Source of the DNA: a virus | Virus record (IMG/VR): IMGVR_UViG_3300032893_000005 | Coordinates: 1-64,000 of that record | Reading direction: 5' to 3' (one strand) | DNA length: 64,000 nt | The notes under the pieces: model-generated | Told to the model about the DNA's origin: nothing | Databases searched by the model: none | The model's input: only the letters and a program-made list of their open reading frames with translations | In this document: positions 17,064-26,439 of the stretch, in pieces | Numbering within the stretch: position 1 is the stretch's first letter | How the letters are laid out: every line of letters begins with the position of its first letter | Translations under genes and position numbers: made by a program

Positions 17064-18014
17064 TTAGATGGCCTTAAATAAACGCTCGTAAATTACCGTA
17101 AACTCCTGCTCATACCGCTTGAGGCGGCGCTGACGGAGAACCTTCATGATGTTTCCGATCTGCTGTTCCTTCAGGCCGGGTACGGCTGCGGAGATCAGGT
17201 CGCGGCTTATCGGCTTCTCACCTAAAGCGGACTCGAGCTTGTCGAGGTGCGACTTGGACGTCTGCAGGGCCGAGCCCTGAGAGAGTGCAGAGGGAGCGGC
17301 GTTCATACCACCGGCGGCGATCGTCTTCTTGAGTTTACGCAAAGCGTTCGTCAAGCCGAAGTCGTCCAGTACGAAGAACTGACGCTCGTTGTTGAAGCTA
17401 GTTAGGAAAACACTACCGTCCTGGGACGCCTTGGTAACTACCTCGGGCGTGGTGTCTCGCGACGCTGTGTCTTTGATAACCGCTTGAATAACCGCTGCTT
17501 TATTGCATGGCTTGGCCGTAGCCGCCACGCGCCGGATGATGGTTTCCTTAAGGTTACCACCTTCCCGCTTAAGGACGTTACCCTCGACCGAGAACCCGAT
17601 CATGTGATCGAAGTTGCCGTCGCGGGCCTGTCGGATGATCGCTGAAGCCGCCTGAGCATTCGGATGATCCGGCGAGTCAAAGAACTCACAGTATCCGAAG
17701 ATCAGGGGAACCTTCAGGTCGTTCCACGCCTTCTTCTCGAGGTCGTTGTCACAGTCTTCTTCGCCGAAGATCTTCTTGGCGTCCATGACTCGACCGACTA
17801 TCGTATTGAAACCTCTCTCTTTTTCAGCATTGGTGCTCTCAAGATCATCCTTGCCAAGGTCGTCGGGGTTGACGTGCTCGGTGTTGATCGGCGCGTTGCC
17901 GTTCTTGAGCGAACTTATGTCGGCGCCCTTGACGTCGAGCGTCTCGCCGGAGGTATCCGGGCACTCGGCGGTAAGTACGGCAGCAACGACTATGTTCTTC
18001 CTAAGAGCTTCCAT
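17064..18014 (-). CDS. Prohead (maturation) protease
   Basis: D.SGE...INTEH...GFSVEG...VAAT.KPCN (HK97/U35-like His/Ser motifs); lies between portal and scaffold. Confidence 0.85.
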   Translation of the reverse strand: MEALRKNIVVAAVLTAECPDTSGETLDVKGADISSLKNGNAPINTEHVNPDDLGKDDLESTNAEKERGFNTIVGRVMDAKKIFGEEDCDNDLEKKAWNDLKVPLIFGYCEFFDSPDHPNAQAASAIIRQARDGNFDHMIGFSVEGNVLKREGGNLKETIIRRVAATAKPCNKAAVIQAVIKDTASRDTTPEVVTKASQDGSVFLTSFNNERQFFVLDDFGLTNALRKLKKTIAAGGMNAAPSALSQGSALQTSKSHLDKLESALGEKPISRDLISAAVPGLKEQQIGNIMKVLRQRRLKRYEQEFTVIYERLFKAI

Positions 18015-18022
18015 GATCCACT

Positions 18023-18041
18023 ATTAAGATCTAGGCTTAAA
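18023..18041 (-). promoter_or_regulatory. Putative late promoter for protease
   Basis: TTTAagcctagATCTTAAT, 8 nt from the ATG. Confidence 0.65.
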
Positions 18042-18091
18042 CCCTTAATTTAACTACTATTTATCATATTGGGGCGTCGCATTAAATTACT

Positions 18092-18120
18092 TTGCAAATC
18101 TGATCGAGATCGACGATACT
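18092..18120 (+). promoter_or_regulatory. Sigma70-type early promoter
   Basis: TTGCAA-N17-GATACT with AT-rich upstream tract, before the plus-strand island. Confidence 0.55.
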
Positions 18121-18142
18121 GAGTGGGTAGAGGGGGGTATTT

Positions 18143-18454
18143 ATGAGAATGGTTTGCCACAACGCATTGTCTGGGATGACTCAAGAACAGCACCAAGAGA
18201 TGGTTCGCAAGCAAATAGCCGAGCATAAAGCATCGGTCCTGCGGATGTTTGATCAAGGATGCACACCGGCGTCGATGTACGTCATGGGCATGCTCTCTGA
18301 CGCCCAGGAAGCTATGAGCATGGGCATGATGGACGTTGCCATGACGACCCTCAACGATGCCAAGATCATCATCTCCGAACGCTTGACTACCCGCGATCCT
18401 CAAGGCCGTCACGACTTCAACGAGATTGAGAAGCCCTTCAGGAAGAGAGGCTAA
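18143..18454 (+). CDS. Hypothetical early protein
   Basis: SD GAGGGGG; first gene of island. Confidence 0.65.
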   Translation: MRMVCHNALSGMTQEQHQEMVRKQIAEHKASVLRMFDQGCTPASMYVMGMLSDAQEAMSMGMMDVAMTTLNDAKIIISERLTTRDPQGRHDFNEIEKPFRKRG

Positions 18455-18455
18455 G

Positions 18456-18791
18456 ATGAAGTACGATGCGATCGTCATGAAGGCTGGAACCACTCCTATC
18501 CCCGACGACCACCATCGCGTCTTCCAGGCTGGGTATGTGTCCGGCAACGGATGGCGTGCCTGCGGATATGGCAAGACAATCTGGGAAGCCCGCCGGAACC
18601 TCGAGCAGCGCTTGCTCGAGCAACAACTTGAGTCTTTATGTGCCGTCGTGCAAAGTATGACCCGTGACCATGGTCCAGGCTACCGCATGAGCGGCTCCGA
18701 CGCTCGCAAGTTAGTAGAGAACGCGATAGCAGAGACCAAGCAGGCATACCGATACGAAGAGCAGTTTTTTGACGAGAGGGATGGTCAATGA
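18456..18791 (+). CDS. Hypothetical protein
   Basis: Coupled ORF, ATG 18456. Confidence 0.6.
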   Translation: MKYDAIVMKAGTTPIPDDHHRVFQAGYVSGNGWRACGYGKTIWEARRNLEQRLLEQQLESLCAVVQSMTRDHGPGYRMSGSDARKLVENAIAETKQAYRYEEQFFDERDGQ

Positions 18792-19012
18792 TCGGCCAAA
18801 CTTGTAATCCGAGGTTCAAGATCGAAGTTGTGCGCCGCTGCGTGGGCATCCCGCCGTTCAATGACCTGTCCGAGCAGCAGCTCGAGGACCTGTATCAGAT
18901 CGTCGATAACGAAGCTGAAGGGTTCGATGGTGAACCTATAAGCCTGGACCAGATGATAACGCGAATGACACAGCGCTTTAACGCTTACGGCCTCGCGCCG
19001 AGCATAAACTAG
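18788..19012 (+). CDS. Hypothetical protein
   Basis: ATGA overlap with the previous ORF. Confidence 0.55.
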   Translation: MIGQTCNPRFKIEVVRRCVGIPPFNDLSEQQLEDLYQIVDNEAEGFDGEPISLDQMITRMTQRFNAYGLAPSIN

Positions 19013-19020
19013 GAGGATGT

Positions 19021-19440
19021 GTGGTTGAGATCTACCGGAATTTGAATCGAAGAGACGGAGTGTGGTTCTCCATCCGCAGTCGCAAGACTGGCCGCGTCAT
19101 TCAGCGCGTCAACTTGACCGGGGGCGACGAGTTACTCCTCAAGGACGTGACTTTCCGCGTCAGCGAAGCTGGTCGGACCCGCGTTCGCCGCGAGAAGCGC
19201 AAGAACGTGCACGCTTTGATGGTGGGAACGAAGGTTACGCTGAACCACCTCACGCCGTTCGGCAACGATGGCATGTACAGGAAGTACCGCGTGAGCTATA
19301 ACCCATACCGCGACGACAACTTTGTCGGAACTCGATACCTGGAGAACGGACAGTCTGAGAAGATCGTCCTTTACGAAGCTGCCTTCGTCACGATGGACGA
19401 CGGCGGTGTCATTGCTTGGATATACAAGGAGAAAAAATGA
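19021..19440 (+). CDS. Conserved phage protein of unknown function
   Basis: IYRNL..SIR...GR.RV.REKRKNVHA..YNPY pattern common in phages; GGAGG SD. Confidence 0.65.
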   Translation: MVEIYRNLNRRDGVWFSIRSRKTGRVIQRVNLTGGDELLLKDVTFRVSEAGRTRVRREKRKNVHALMVGTKVTLNHLTPFGNDGMYRKYRVSYNPYRDDNFVGTRYLENGQSEKIVLYEAAFVTMDDGGVIAWIYKEKK

Positions 19441-20006
19441 AACAGATAGGACCGATGCAGATTCTTCTGCACATCTACTCGATCTTGAGGTTCAACGGAC
19501 CTATGGCTATGCCAGAGATCGTTGAGAAGTTACTCTTGCGAGGGATCAAGCTCGACAGCAACAGCATACCCAAGCTGCACAGGCTCATCAACACAGAACC
19601 AGCAGCCAGGTTCGGCATCCGTCGCATGGTCAGCACTCAGGTATTCATGATCATGCCAGAAGCTGTCACCGCCAACATCATCAAGAGACCAGTCGAAAAG
19701 ATGCCACTTCCTGTACCACAGGCTGCCCCTCAAAACAAACCTAAGTACGAAAGTGATGACGTCGCCGAGATGAAGTCGCAGATCATCGACTTCTGCAAGA
19801 AGAACAACCGAGCCCCGTCGCAGCTTATAGAGTCAGAGAAGAAGATGTACATCTTCATCTTAAATCACTCTAAGAAGGATGAGACGTTCCGTGAAGCAGT
19901 AGCTCCGTACCGTGGACGTCAACGTGGTCGTCATATGACTCGCAAGCTTGCCGACGAGATCGAGGTTGGCATGCAACTTGCTGAGTCGGGAGGTTCTGGA
20001 CTGTGA
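19437..20006 (+). CDS. Putative winged-helix DNA-binding protein
   Basis: N-terminal IL..NGPM...EIVEKL pattern. Confidence 0.45.
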   Translation: MKQIGPMQILLHIYSILRFNGPMAMPEIVEKLLLRGIKLDSNSIPKLHRLINTEPAARFGIRRMVSTQVFMIMPEAVTANIIKRPVEKMPLPVPQAAPQNKPKYESDDVAEMKSQIIDFCKKNNRAPSQLIESEKKMYIFILNHSKKDETFREAVAPYRGRQRGRHMTRKLADEIEVGMQLAESGGSGL

Positions 20007-20266
20007 TGGAGATAAATGGTCTCGTAAACATGCAAATCCTGCTCGACGAGTATGCCGGGAAGCACCTCGTTCAGGCAGAGTTCGTTAACAAGATGCGGGA
20101 ACAGCTCGACTTGCTCGAGCGCTACCTGCTCGCCCACGACAAGTGGAACCGCGAGCAGTTGACTGCCTTCGTGGAAGGCCGTCCACCATACTGGCACGAA
20201 GTTCGAGCGAATCCGAAGGACTTCCCTACTAACAAGGAGCTGTCAGATGAGTACCGAAAAGCCTAG
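20003..20266 (+). CDS. Hypothetical protein
   Basis: Coupled ORF. Confidence 0.55.
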   Translation: MMEINGLVNMQILLDEYAGKHLVQAEFVNKMREQLDLLERYLLAHDKWNREQLTAFVEGRPPYWHEVRANPKDFPTNKELSDEYRKA

Positions 20267-20492
20267 GGTAAGGTTCTGCTGGGAATGTGGGCGAAAACTT
20301 TGGGGTAACGGCCACGTAAGTGCGACGCTCAAGGCTGACGGCCATGAGAGGGTGATGCATAAGGGATGCTTTGAGGAGAACAAGGCTGACTTTACTGAGG
20401 CCCGCGTTGTTTCGCGATCTCGTCGTGACCCTTCCCAACGTAGATCACCTTCCCGCGTGAATCGAAGCCAAATCCAGGCATTAAAACAGTGA
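20247..20492 (+). CDS. Small zinc-finger protein
   Basis: CWEC...HKGC; 3' end overlaps the convergent MuF-like gene. Confidence 0.5.
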   Translation: MSTEKPRVRFCWECGRKLWGNGHVSATLKADGHERVMHKGCFEENKADFTEARVVSRSRRDPSQRRSPSRVNRSQIQALKQ

Positions 20493-21213
20493 CGACGTCC
20501 CGACAGTTTGGGTGAGTAAGCGTAACAGATGGGTTACGACTGCCAGATTTCTTGCCTGGATCAGCTACAAGCTCAGACATGTAGTACAGGCGCGGTGTAA
20601 CGCGGTCTTCCATAGTCCAAAGTCGCCAGCAGTCCGTGCATCTCTTGTCATCTAAGACACCAATCTTGAATACGACGGGGTCAGAGATCCCGATTCTTTG
20701 CGCGACTGCTAAGATACCGTCGGCTGAGCCTATGTTCTGCGAGTTCGACAGCTCAACTTGAGTGATGCCGTCGACTGCCTTCACGATCTTCTTACGCTGG
20801 GACTCGAGTTCGTCGCGTACGCCGTCAAGTATCTTCTGACCGTCCTCAGTCTTGAGCCAGCTTGCCGGATCTTGCTTGTCTATCTTGCTCTTCCGGTTAG
20901 CTTCGTCGAGCGCGTCAGACACGGTTCGTACGGTATCAGCCTGAACCTTTGCCTTCATCGAGTCGAGGTACTGGCTGGTAACTGCTTCAAGCTTCTTGAT
21001 GCTGGTCTGGTCAGGGAACTGAGTGCCAGCCCCATGGATGGAGTTGGCGTGAAGGTACGCGTGGAGGATAGTGGCCTTCGGATCGTAGTCGCGCATCTGG
21101 AAGATCATGCTGCGAGCGACTGACTGGGGTCCGACGAGGCGGATCTTCGCGTTGTTGAAGTACATGTCGACGATGCTGATGATGATCTTACGTAGTGCTT
21201 CAGTCATGGTCAT
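20392..21213 (-). CDS. MuF/SPP1 gp7-like minor head protein
   Basis: D.RCTDC...HPNCR; directly after portal. Confidence 0.75.
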   Translation of the reverse strand: MTMTEALRKIIISIVDMYFNNAKIRLVGPQSVARSMIFQMRDYDPKATILHAYLHANSIHGAGTQFPDQTSIKKLEAVTSQYLDSMKAKVQADTVRTVSDALDEANRKSKIDKQDPASWLKTEDGQKILDGVRDELESQRKKIVKAVDGITQVELSNSQNIGSADGILAVAQRIGISDPVVFKIGVLDDKRCTDCWRLWTMEDRVTPRLYYMSELVADPGKKSGSRNPSVTLTHPNCRDVVTVLMPGFGFDSRGKVIYVGKGHDEIAKQRGPQ

Positions 21214-23281
21214 GGCCGTCGTGAGGTTTCTTGCCCTCTACCGCGCCCATGATCTCATCGAACATCTTCTTTGAGTCGCGCTCGAAGGCTTCTGTCTGCT
21301 TCTTGCGAATCGCCTTGTGTAGCTTCAGCATCTCTTTGCGGTTGATCGGAAGATCCCTCTCTGCCTTAGTGAGAGCTTCGCCGATCTGACCCATCGCTGA
21401 GTCTAGGTCGGACTGTTCTGGCTGCTGTTCTTGGTCGGGCTGAGCCTTCTGGCCGCGCTGCTGACCCTCGTGTGGAGGAACGCTGGAGTCACCCTGTTCT
21501 GGGTTACCTTGACCATCCCCACCCTGTTCTGGGTTACCCCCACCTTGCTGAGCCTGAAGTGCCATCTGCTGCTGTTGCATCTGCATCTGCTGTTGCTGCA
21601 TCTGAAGGTTCATGAACGTGAACCATGCCTGGTTGTTTATGTAGAACGCAAGCTCAGGATGCTGTGTCGGATCGCCGTAGCCCTTGCACTTGTCTGGATC
21701 AAAGGCTTCCTTGATCTCGCCCATCGTGTAGTACTTCTCGACGTTCGCCATGTACGCGGCGTTCAGTGGGAAGTCTCCACCGATCGGGACGTGCTTCTTC
21801 TCGACGCGGTCCATGATGTCGTTCATGGTCAGGTAGATCGCTGAGTCCTGCTGGAGGCGAGTTGCTTCCTTCTCAGGACTGTCGGCGTCTAAGCCTTCGA
21901 GCGAGATGCGTACGAGCTTTGACCACTCGGGGTTGATGAGCGGGAGCAAGCGCTCGTTCAAGAACGCTTCGATGCTCTTTAAGATCGGGCGAAGACCGTT
22001 GTCGCGGGCTGCGACCATCTTCCACTCGTTGTTTGACTCGGCTAGCGACTGAGAGTTCGTACCCTTCGAGAGGTACGAGAGGGCTGCGACCTCGTCCGGC
22101 GACATCTGGTATGCCGCAAGGATCATGCGCTTGTTCAAGTCGGCTAGGTACTGGAACTCCATGTCCCGGCCAGCAGCGTCGAGTGGCTGGATCGTGATCT
22201 TGTCGTTCTGGCCTACGCCGAACACCGGCATGCGCCAGGCGGCGTTGGCCGAGTTGATGTGGGCAGTCATCTGAGCGCGGATCGCCTGGATGTCGTCTGC
22301 GTCAAGGTTCTCCGACTGGAACACCATCACGTTACGTGCGGCGCGTCCGTTAAGGAAGAACATCTTGTTGTGAGTGGTCAGGTTGATGTGTGTGACGACC
22401 GAGTTGATCAAGCGCTCGATCGGACTAACCGGGTAGCCAGCGCGATCGATGTCGGTCGACGGAGTAAGCGACCAGACAAGCATCTGCTTGTCGGTGAAGA
22501 CCTGGTATGGGCGATCATCGATGACCTGAACCCAGGTATAGTCGCCGTTCGTGAACCTGTCTACGTCGATCTTCTTGTCGGAACCCTGGTTAAGGCGGTC
22601 AAGGATCTTCTTGGCCTGCTCGCGGATAGACTCAAGGTGCTTCTCGTTCGACTTCATGTCGTTCGCGAAGTAGATCGTACCAGCATCAGACGCACGCCAA
22701 CTGTGGAACTTTCCGATCTCGTTTACTCGAACCTCAGAAGCGAACCAGCCGTAGAGGAGGACGTCCTCTGTGATCATGTGCAGCCACTGAGAGAACGTGC
22801 ACTTATCTTTGTCCTTGATGCCGTCGTTGCTACCGCAGTTCAGCAAGATCTCGCGGAGTTTAGGAACGATCTCCTTCTTGATCTTGTCGATCTGCTCTTC
22901 TTCCATCTCCTCGTAGAGGTGTGGCTGAGGGTTTATGACGAAGCCGATGTCGAAGCGGTTCGGGCGCGGATCGCCGTATAGGGAGATCTGCTTGCCACGA
23001 AGGGGTAAGATGATGCCGCCGACCAACTCCTCAGTGTCGCGAGTGCGCTTGAGGATGACCGGAGGGATTGCGAAGATGCGACGCTTGTAGACGGCAGCGT
23101 ACTGCTCGGCCTTCTGCGGATCTTCCGTGAACGACAGCTTGATGGCCTCAAGGTCTTGGGCCTTCTTCAGCGTACCTAGGATCTGACTGATCGGGTCCTG
23201 GGAGTTGTTTCCAGGGTCCATGACGTCAGTCATGATCTTTCGGAACTTTGGATCTGTCTGTGTTGGCAGTTTGTCAGCCAT
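21200..23281 (-). CDS. Portal protein
   Basis: 693 aa; GYPVSPIE...FFLNG...DMEFQ; Gln-rich tail; lies between terminase and protease. Confidence 0.88.
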   Translation of the reverse strand: MADKLPTQTDPKFRKIMTDVMDPGNNSQDPISQILGTLKKAQDLEAIKLSFTEDPQKAEQYAAVYKRRIFAIPPVILKRTRDTEELVGGIILPLRGKQISLYGDPRPNRFDIGFVINPQPHLYEEMEEEQIDKIKKEIVPKLREILLNCGSNDGIKDKDKCTFSQWLHMITEDVLLYGWFASEVRVNEIGKFHSWRASDAGTIYFANDMKSNEKHLESIREQAKKILDRLNQGSDKKIDVDRFTNGDYTWVQVIDDRPYQVFTDKQMLVWSLTPSTDIDRAGYPVSPIERLINSVVTHINLTTHNKMFFLNGRAARNVMVFQSENLDADDIQAIRAQMTAHINSANAAWRMPVFGVGQNDKITIQPLDAAGRDMEFQYLADLNKRMILAAYQMSPDEVAALSYLSKGTNSQSLAESNNEWKMVAARDNGLRPILKSIEAFLNERLLPLINPEWSKLVRISLEGLDADSPEKEATRLQQDSAIYLTMNDIMDRVEKKHVPIGGDFPLNAAYMANVEKYYTMGEIKEAFDPDKCKGYGDPTQHPELAFYINNQAWFTFMNLQMQQQQMQMQQQQMALQAQQGGGNPEQGGDGQGNPEQGDSSVPPHEGQQRGQKAQPDQEQQPEQSDLDSAMGQIGEALTKAERDLPINRKEMLKLHKAIRKKQTEAFERDSKKMFDEIMGAVEGKKPHDGHDHD

Positions 23282-24516
23282 TATTCACCTGAAGCTACTA
23301 GAACTTCTGTAGGGTTCAAGCTCATGTTGTGGATTACGAGCATGTAGTACGGGCCTGTCTTGAGGAGCAGTCCAGGCTTCTCGACGTTGTTTGGCTCGAT
23401 CGACGGGATAACTTGAGTGTTGTCAGAGGCGTCTGCGTTAAACCGGACAGAGATCGTGTCGACGCATGCGATAAGCGCGAACGTCTTCGCCGCGCTGTAG
23501 ATGACCATGCCAGCAGCGGTAGGCATTATGCCAGTCTCAAGAGGTAGGCCGCCTTGGCTTCCGACCGAGAACTCGATCCAGTTAGGGGTAACGTCGCTGA
23601 TCTCGTAGGACCCCAGCGAAGCCGGAGAAAACCCCATAGACAGGATGACAGTATCGCCAATCTGGACTTGGTTTGAGTTGCCGCCGCCAGAGCTGTAGAC
23701 GTAGAACTTAGTCGGGTCCAACACCGTCCATGTTTCGCCAGTTCCGTTCACGTTCTTAATGCTGATTGAACTAGCGGTCTTCGCGATGATGACGAACTCG
23801 CCCTGGTTCGTAGCAGAGTTTCCTACTCCAGGCTCTAGCTTCAAGATGTCACCGACCACGATGTTGGTCGTGTTGATGCCCGTGATGGCGTTTGCGCCGT
23901 TAGCAAGCTGGATAACTGCAGACAAGCTTGGGATCTGGGTTCCGTCGCCGGAAGTAAGCCCAACCTGGTTCGAAGGGTTCGCGATGTTCCAGGCGCTGAT
24001 TAGGGACGAGATCGAAGAGGTGCCGTCGCCGGTCAACGCTATAGAGTTACCGACGGTACCGGCGGTCACCGCCGTAAGAGTGACGTCGGTAGTCATGCCA
24101 GCAACTTGACCTGAGAACGACGCGGGGACAGCCGCAACGGAAGGGGCTGTGAACGTAGCGACCGGTCCGCTCATGGTCATGGTGAACACGGTCGTACCGT
24201 CAACTCCTGGGAGCCGATCGGTGCGAAACGATGGAGGAGTGCCAGCCGAAGCTGTTAGGCGGTAGATGTTGGTGGAAGGATCAGGCAGGGACACGTCGAA
24301 GGCAGTTGTGCCGTCGATCGCAAGAGTTCGAGTTCCGTTGTAAATAGTCCGTACTTCACCAGGAGCGAGCTTGTAGGTCGGACCCGACGGGTTGTCCACA
24401 GAGATACCTGGGATCTTGTAGGTCAGATCGAAGTTCCTGACCAGCGGGTTGTTGGACGCCTGGTTGTCCGAGAAGGCCAGGGCGTTCACTTGGAGGTTAA
24501 TCTGACTCATCTTCAC
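23281..24516 (-). CDS. Virion structural protein (Thr/Gly/Ser-rich, beta-rich)
   Basis: Composition; first gene after the late motif; coupled to portal. Confidence 0.6.
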   Translation of the reverse strand: MKMSQINLQVNALAFSDNQASNNPLVRNFDLTYKIPGISVDNPSGPTYKLAPGEVRTIYNGTRTLAIDGTTAFDVSLPDPSTNIYRLTASAGTPPSFRTDRLPGVDGTTVFTMTMSGPVATFTAPSVAAVPASFSGQVAGMTTDVTLTAVTAGTVGNSIALTGDGTSSISSLISAWNIANPSNQVGLTSGDGTQIPSLSAVIQLANGANAITGINTTNIVVGDILKLEPGVGNSATNQGEFVIIAKTASSISIKNVNGTGETWTVLDPTKFYVYSSGGGNSNQVQIGDTVILSMGFSPASLGSYEISDVTPNWIEFSVGSQGGLPLETGIMPTAAGMVIYSAAKTFALIACVDTISVRFNADASDNTQVIPSIEPNNVEKPGLLLKTGPYYMLVIHNMSLNPTEVLVASGE

Positions 24517-24538
24517 TCCCTACACTTGACTGCTATGG

Positions 24539-24557
24539 ATTAAGATCTGGCGATAAC
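24539..24557 (-). promoter_or_regulatory. Putative late promoter for portal operon
   Basis: GTTAtcgccagATCTTAAT. Confidence 0.6.
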
Positions 24558-24570
24558 TCAGTGTTTTCAC

Positions 24571-26439
24571 TTATATATCCCAATAGTTAGTTTTCGACTT
24601 TGAGGTCTGCAAGCCTTCACCACCGCCGCCGGTTTCGACCGACTGTCGGATCTGATCGCTCAGCCAGTTTTCCTGTTTCTTTGCCACAGCTTGCTGATAC
24701 TGCTTCGGATCTTCCTTCGGCTTCTCATCAACTTGTCCGGCTGTACTCGCGGCCACTCCGCCGGTTCGGGTCTTCCAACGGTTGATGGCTGCATAACGCA
24801 AAGCATCAATAGAATGGTTGAACTCGTCAACCGGTACGTCCGTAAGCTTACCACCCGCGTCGTGATCGTAGTGGTACTTCTCCATCTCCGAGCACATGAA
24901 GTCGCAGTTTCCCTTGATGCCAAAGAACGCCGTGGTACCGCCGGTAGAGTAGAGCTTCTGGCGGATGAGCGTGATGCCGTTCTCGATCTGGCCGGACTTG
25001 TCGAAGTCGTCGAACACCTTCACGACCTTGCGAAGCATCTTGTTCAGCTCAGGACGCGAGGTATCGGGGTAGAGCGTGTGGAAGTCGTACTTCTTCTTCA
25101 TGCTGAAGACGAGTTCCTTCAACTGCTCAGGCTCAAGCTCGGCCTGGGCCGTGACGTTCATGATGTAGATTATGCCGTTGCCGTCTTCGTAGATGACCAC
25201 GACGACTGCAGGATGCGTGCTCCCGTGGTCGAGCCCTGCGTACCGCTTCACACCCTTCTGGATCATGAAGTTGACCAGCTCAGACTCAGCCAGCTCCCGG
25301 CCAGGATCGGTACCGGTGAAGATCCTGTACATCTCGCGCGGCGTCTTCTCAAACACAACTCTCTTGAACTTGGCGAAGATCAGACCCTCCGACGAAGGCT
25401 CCATCGACATCTTCTGCGACAAGAACCAGGAAAGGTCGGCCTTCTTAAACTCCGCGATGACCGACTGGGTGGGACGAAGCGTGCGGCAGGTAGAAGTCTG
25501 CTTCTTGAGGTCACCGGCGCATACGGCGGCCAGCGGACAGGAGAAGCATCCCTTGTACGCGTTGATCCTCTCCATCTTCGACTGCGTTGACTCGTCGGTC
25601 TTGTTGAACTCCTCCTGAGTCATCTTGATGTTTTCTTTGGCGTTGACGTAGTAGGTGAACGGTTCGGTGCCGGAGATCGAGTCAGGGCAGCGCTTGGTGT
25701 TCTCTAAGATCGTCCAGAACCTGAACAGCATCCCAGACTTCTCGCGGTTCTCGTACTCAGTCTCGATGACCGTGTACCGACCCTTGCGAGAAGAGATGCC
25801 AAACTGGAACCATGGCTTCCCGTCGTTCGTGTATACCGGGATACCGCCGACGTCCTGGTAAGCAGCCATCTTCTCCTTGCTAAGAGATGAAAGCTCGTCA
25901 AGGGAGACGATCGGAGCGTGAGATCCTTGAACAGCCATCGGAGATATAGACAAGATCTCAACGTCCACCTCTTCGCCGTCGACGACGAACGTAGTCTTGC
26001 TCTGGGTTGGGTCAGATAACAAGAAGTCTCTGAGGTAGGGTCTGGAAACGAACTTCTTGAAGTACAGGTATGCACGACGAGCTTGATCCTTCGTACCGCC
26101 AAGGTGAACGACTGCTCGACCAAAGTGAAGCGGCAAGATGACCTGAAGTACGGCAACGGCCAGAGTCTTCTGAGAAGCTCGACCGGCGATGTACATGAGC
26201 GAGACCGGCTCCTCGCGGTGATCGTCCGCGCAGAGCTGGTAGATCTCCCAGACCATGTCTAGTGGGTTCGAGTCTGCGAACCGGGATACCGTGCAGTCAG
26301 CAAGGTCGACGTTCATGAAGAACTTGCCCCAGTTGTGCAAGTCTTCGCGAGTCTTGCACCGCATGCGGACTAAGTCCTTGCACAGAAGAGCCTTCTCCTC
26401 TGGCGTCAAACCTTCTAAGAGTTTCTCGATCTCGTTCAT
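24571..26439 (-). CDS. terL: Terminase large subunit
   Basis: Walker A-like GRASQKT, Walker B SLDE, nuclease GLDHG..YPD..NHSIDALRY. Confidence 0.9.
   Translation of the reverse strand: MNEIEKLLEGLTPEEKALLCKDLVRMRCKTREDLHNWGKFFMNVDLADCTVSRFADSNPLDMVWEIYQLCADDHREEPVSLMYIAGRASQKTLAVAVLQVILPLHFGRAVVHLGGTKDQARRAYLYFKKFVSRPYLRDFLLSDPTQSKTTFVVDGEEVDVEILSISPMAVQGSHAPIVSLDELSSLSKEKMAAYQDVGGIPVYTNDGKPWFQFGISSRKGRYTVIETEYENREKSGMLFRFWTILENTKRCPDSISGTEPFTYYVNAKENIKMTQEEFNKTDESTQSKMERINAYKGCFSCPLAAVCAGDLKKQTSTCRTLRPTQSVIAEFKKADLSWFLSQKMSMEPSSEGLIFAKFKRVVFEKTPREMYRIFTGTDPGRELAESELVNFMIQKGVKRYAGLDHGSTHPAVVVVIYEDGNGIIYIMNVTAQAELEPEQLKELVFSMKKKYDFHTLYPDTSRPELNKMLRKVVKVFDDFDKSGQIENGITLIRQKLYSTGGTTAFFGIKGNCDFMCSEMEKYHYDHDAGGKLTDVPVDEFNHSIDALRYAAINRWKTRTGGVAASTAGQVDEKPKEDPKQYQQAVAKKQENWLSDQIRQSVETGGGGEGLQTSKSKTNYWDI

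Noticed and set aside
24691-25590. Long antisense ORFs (299 aa here; also 22259-22981, 15475-16083, 37885-38589)
   Set aside because: They lie opposite well-supported genes, lack SD and motifs, and are expected from codon bias.
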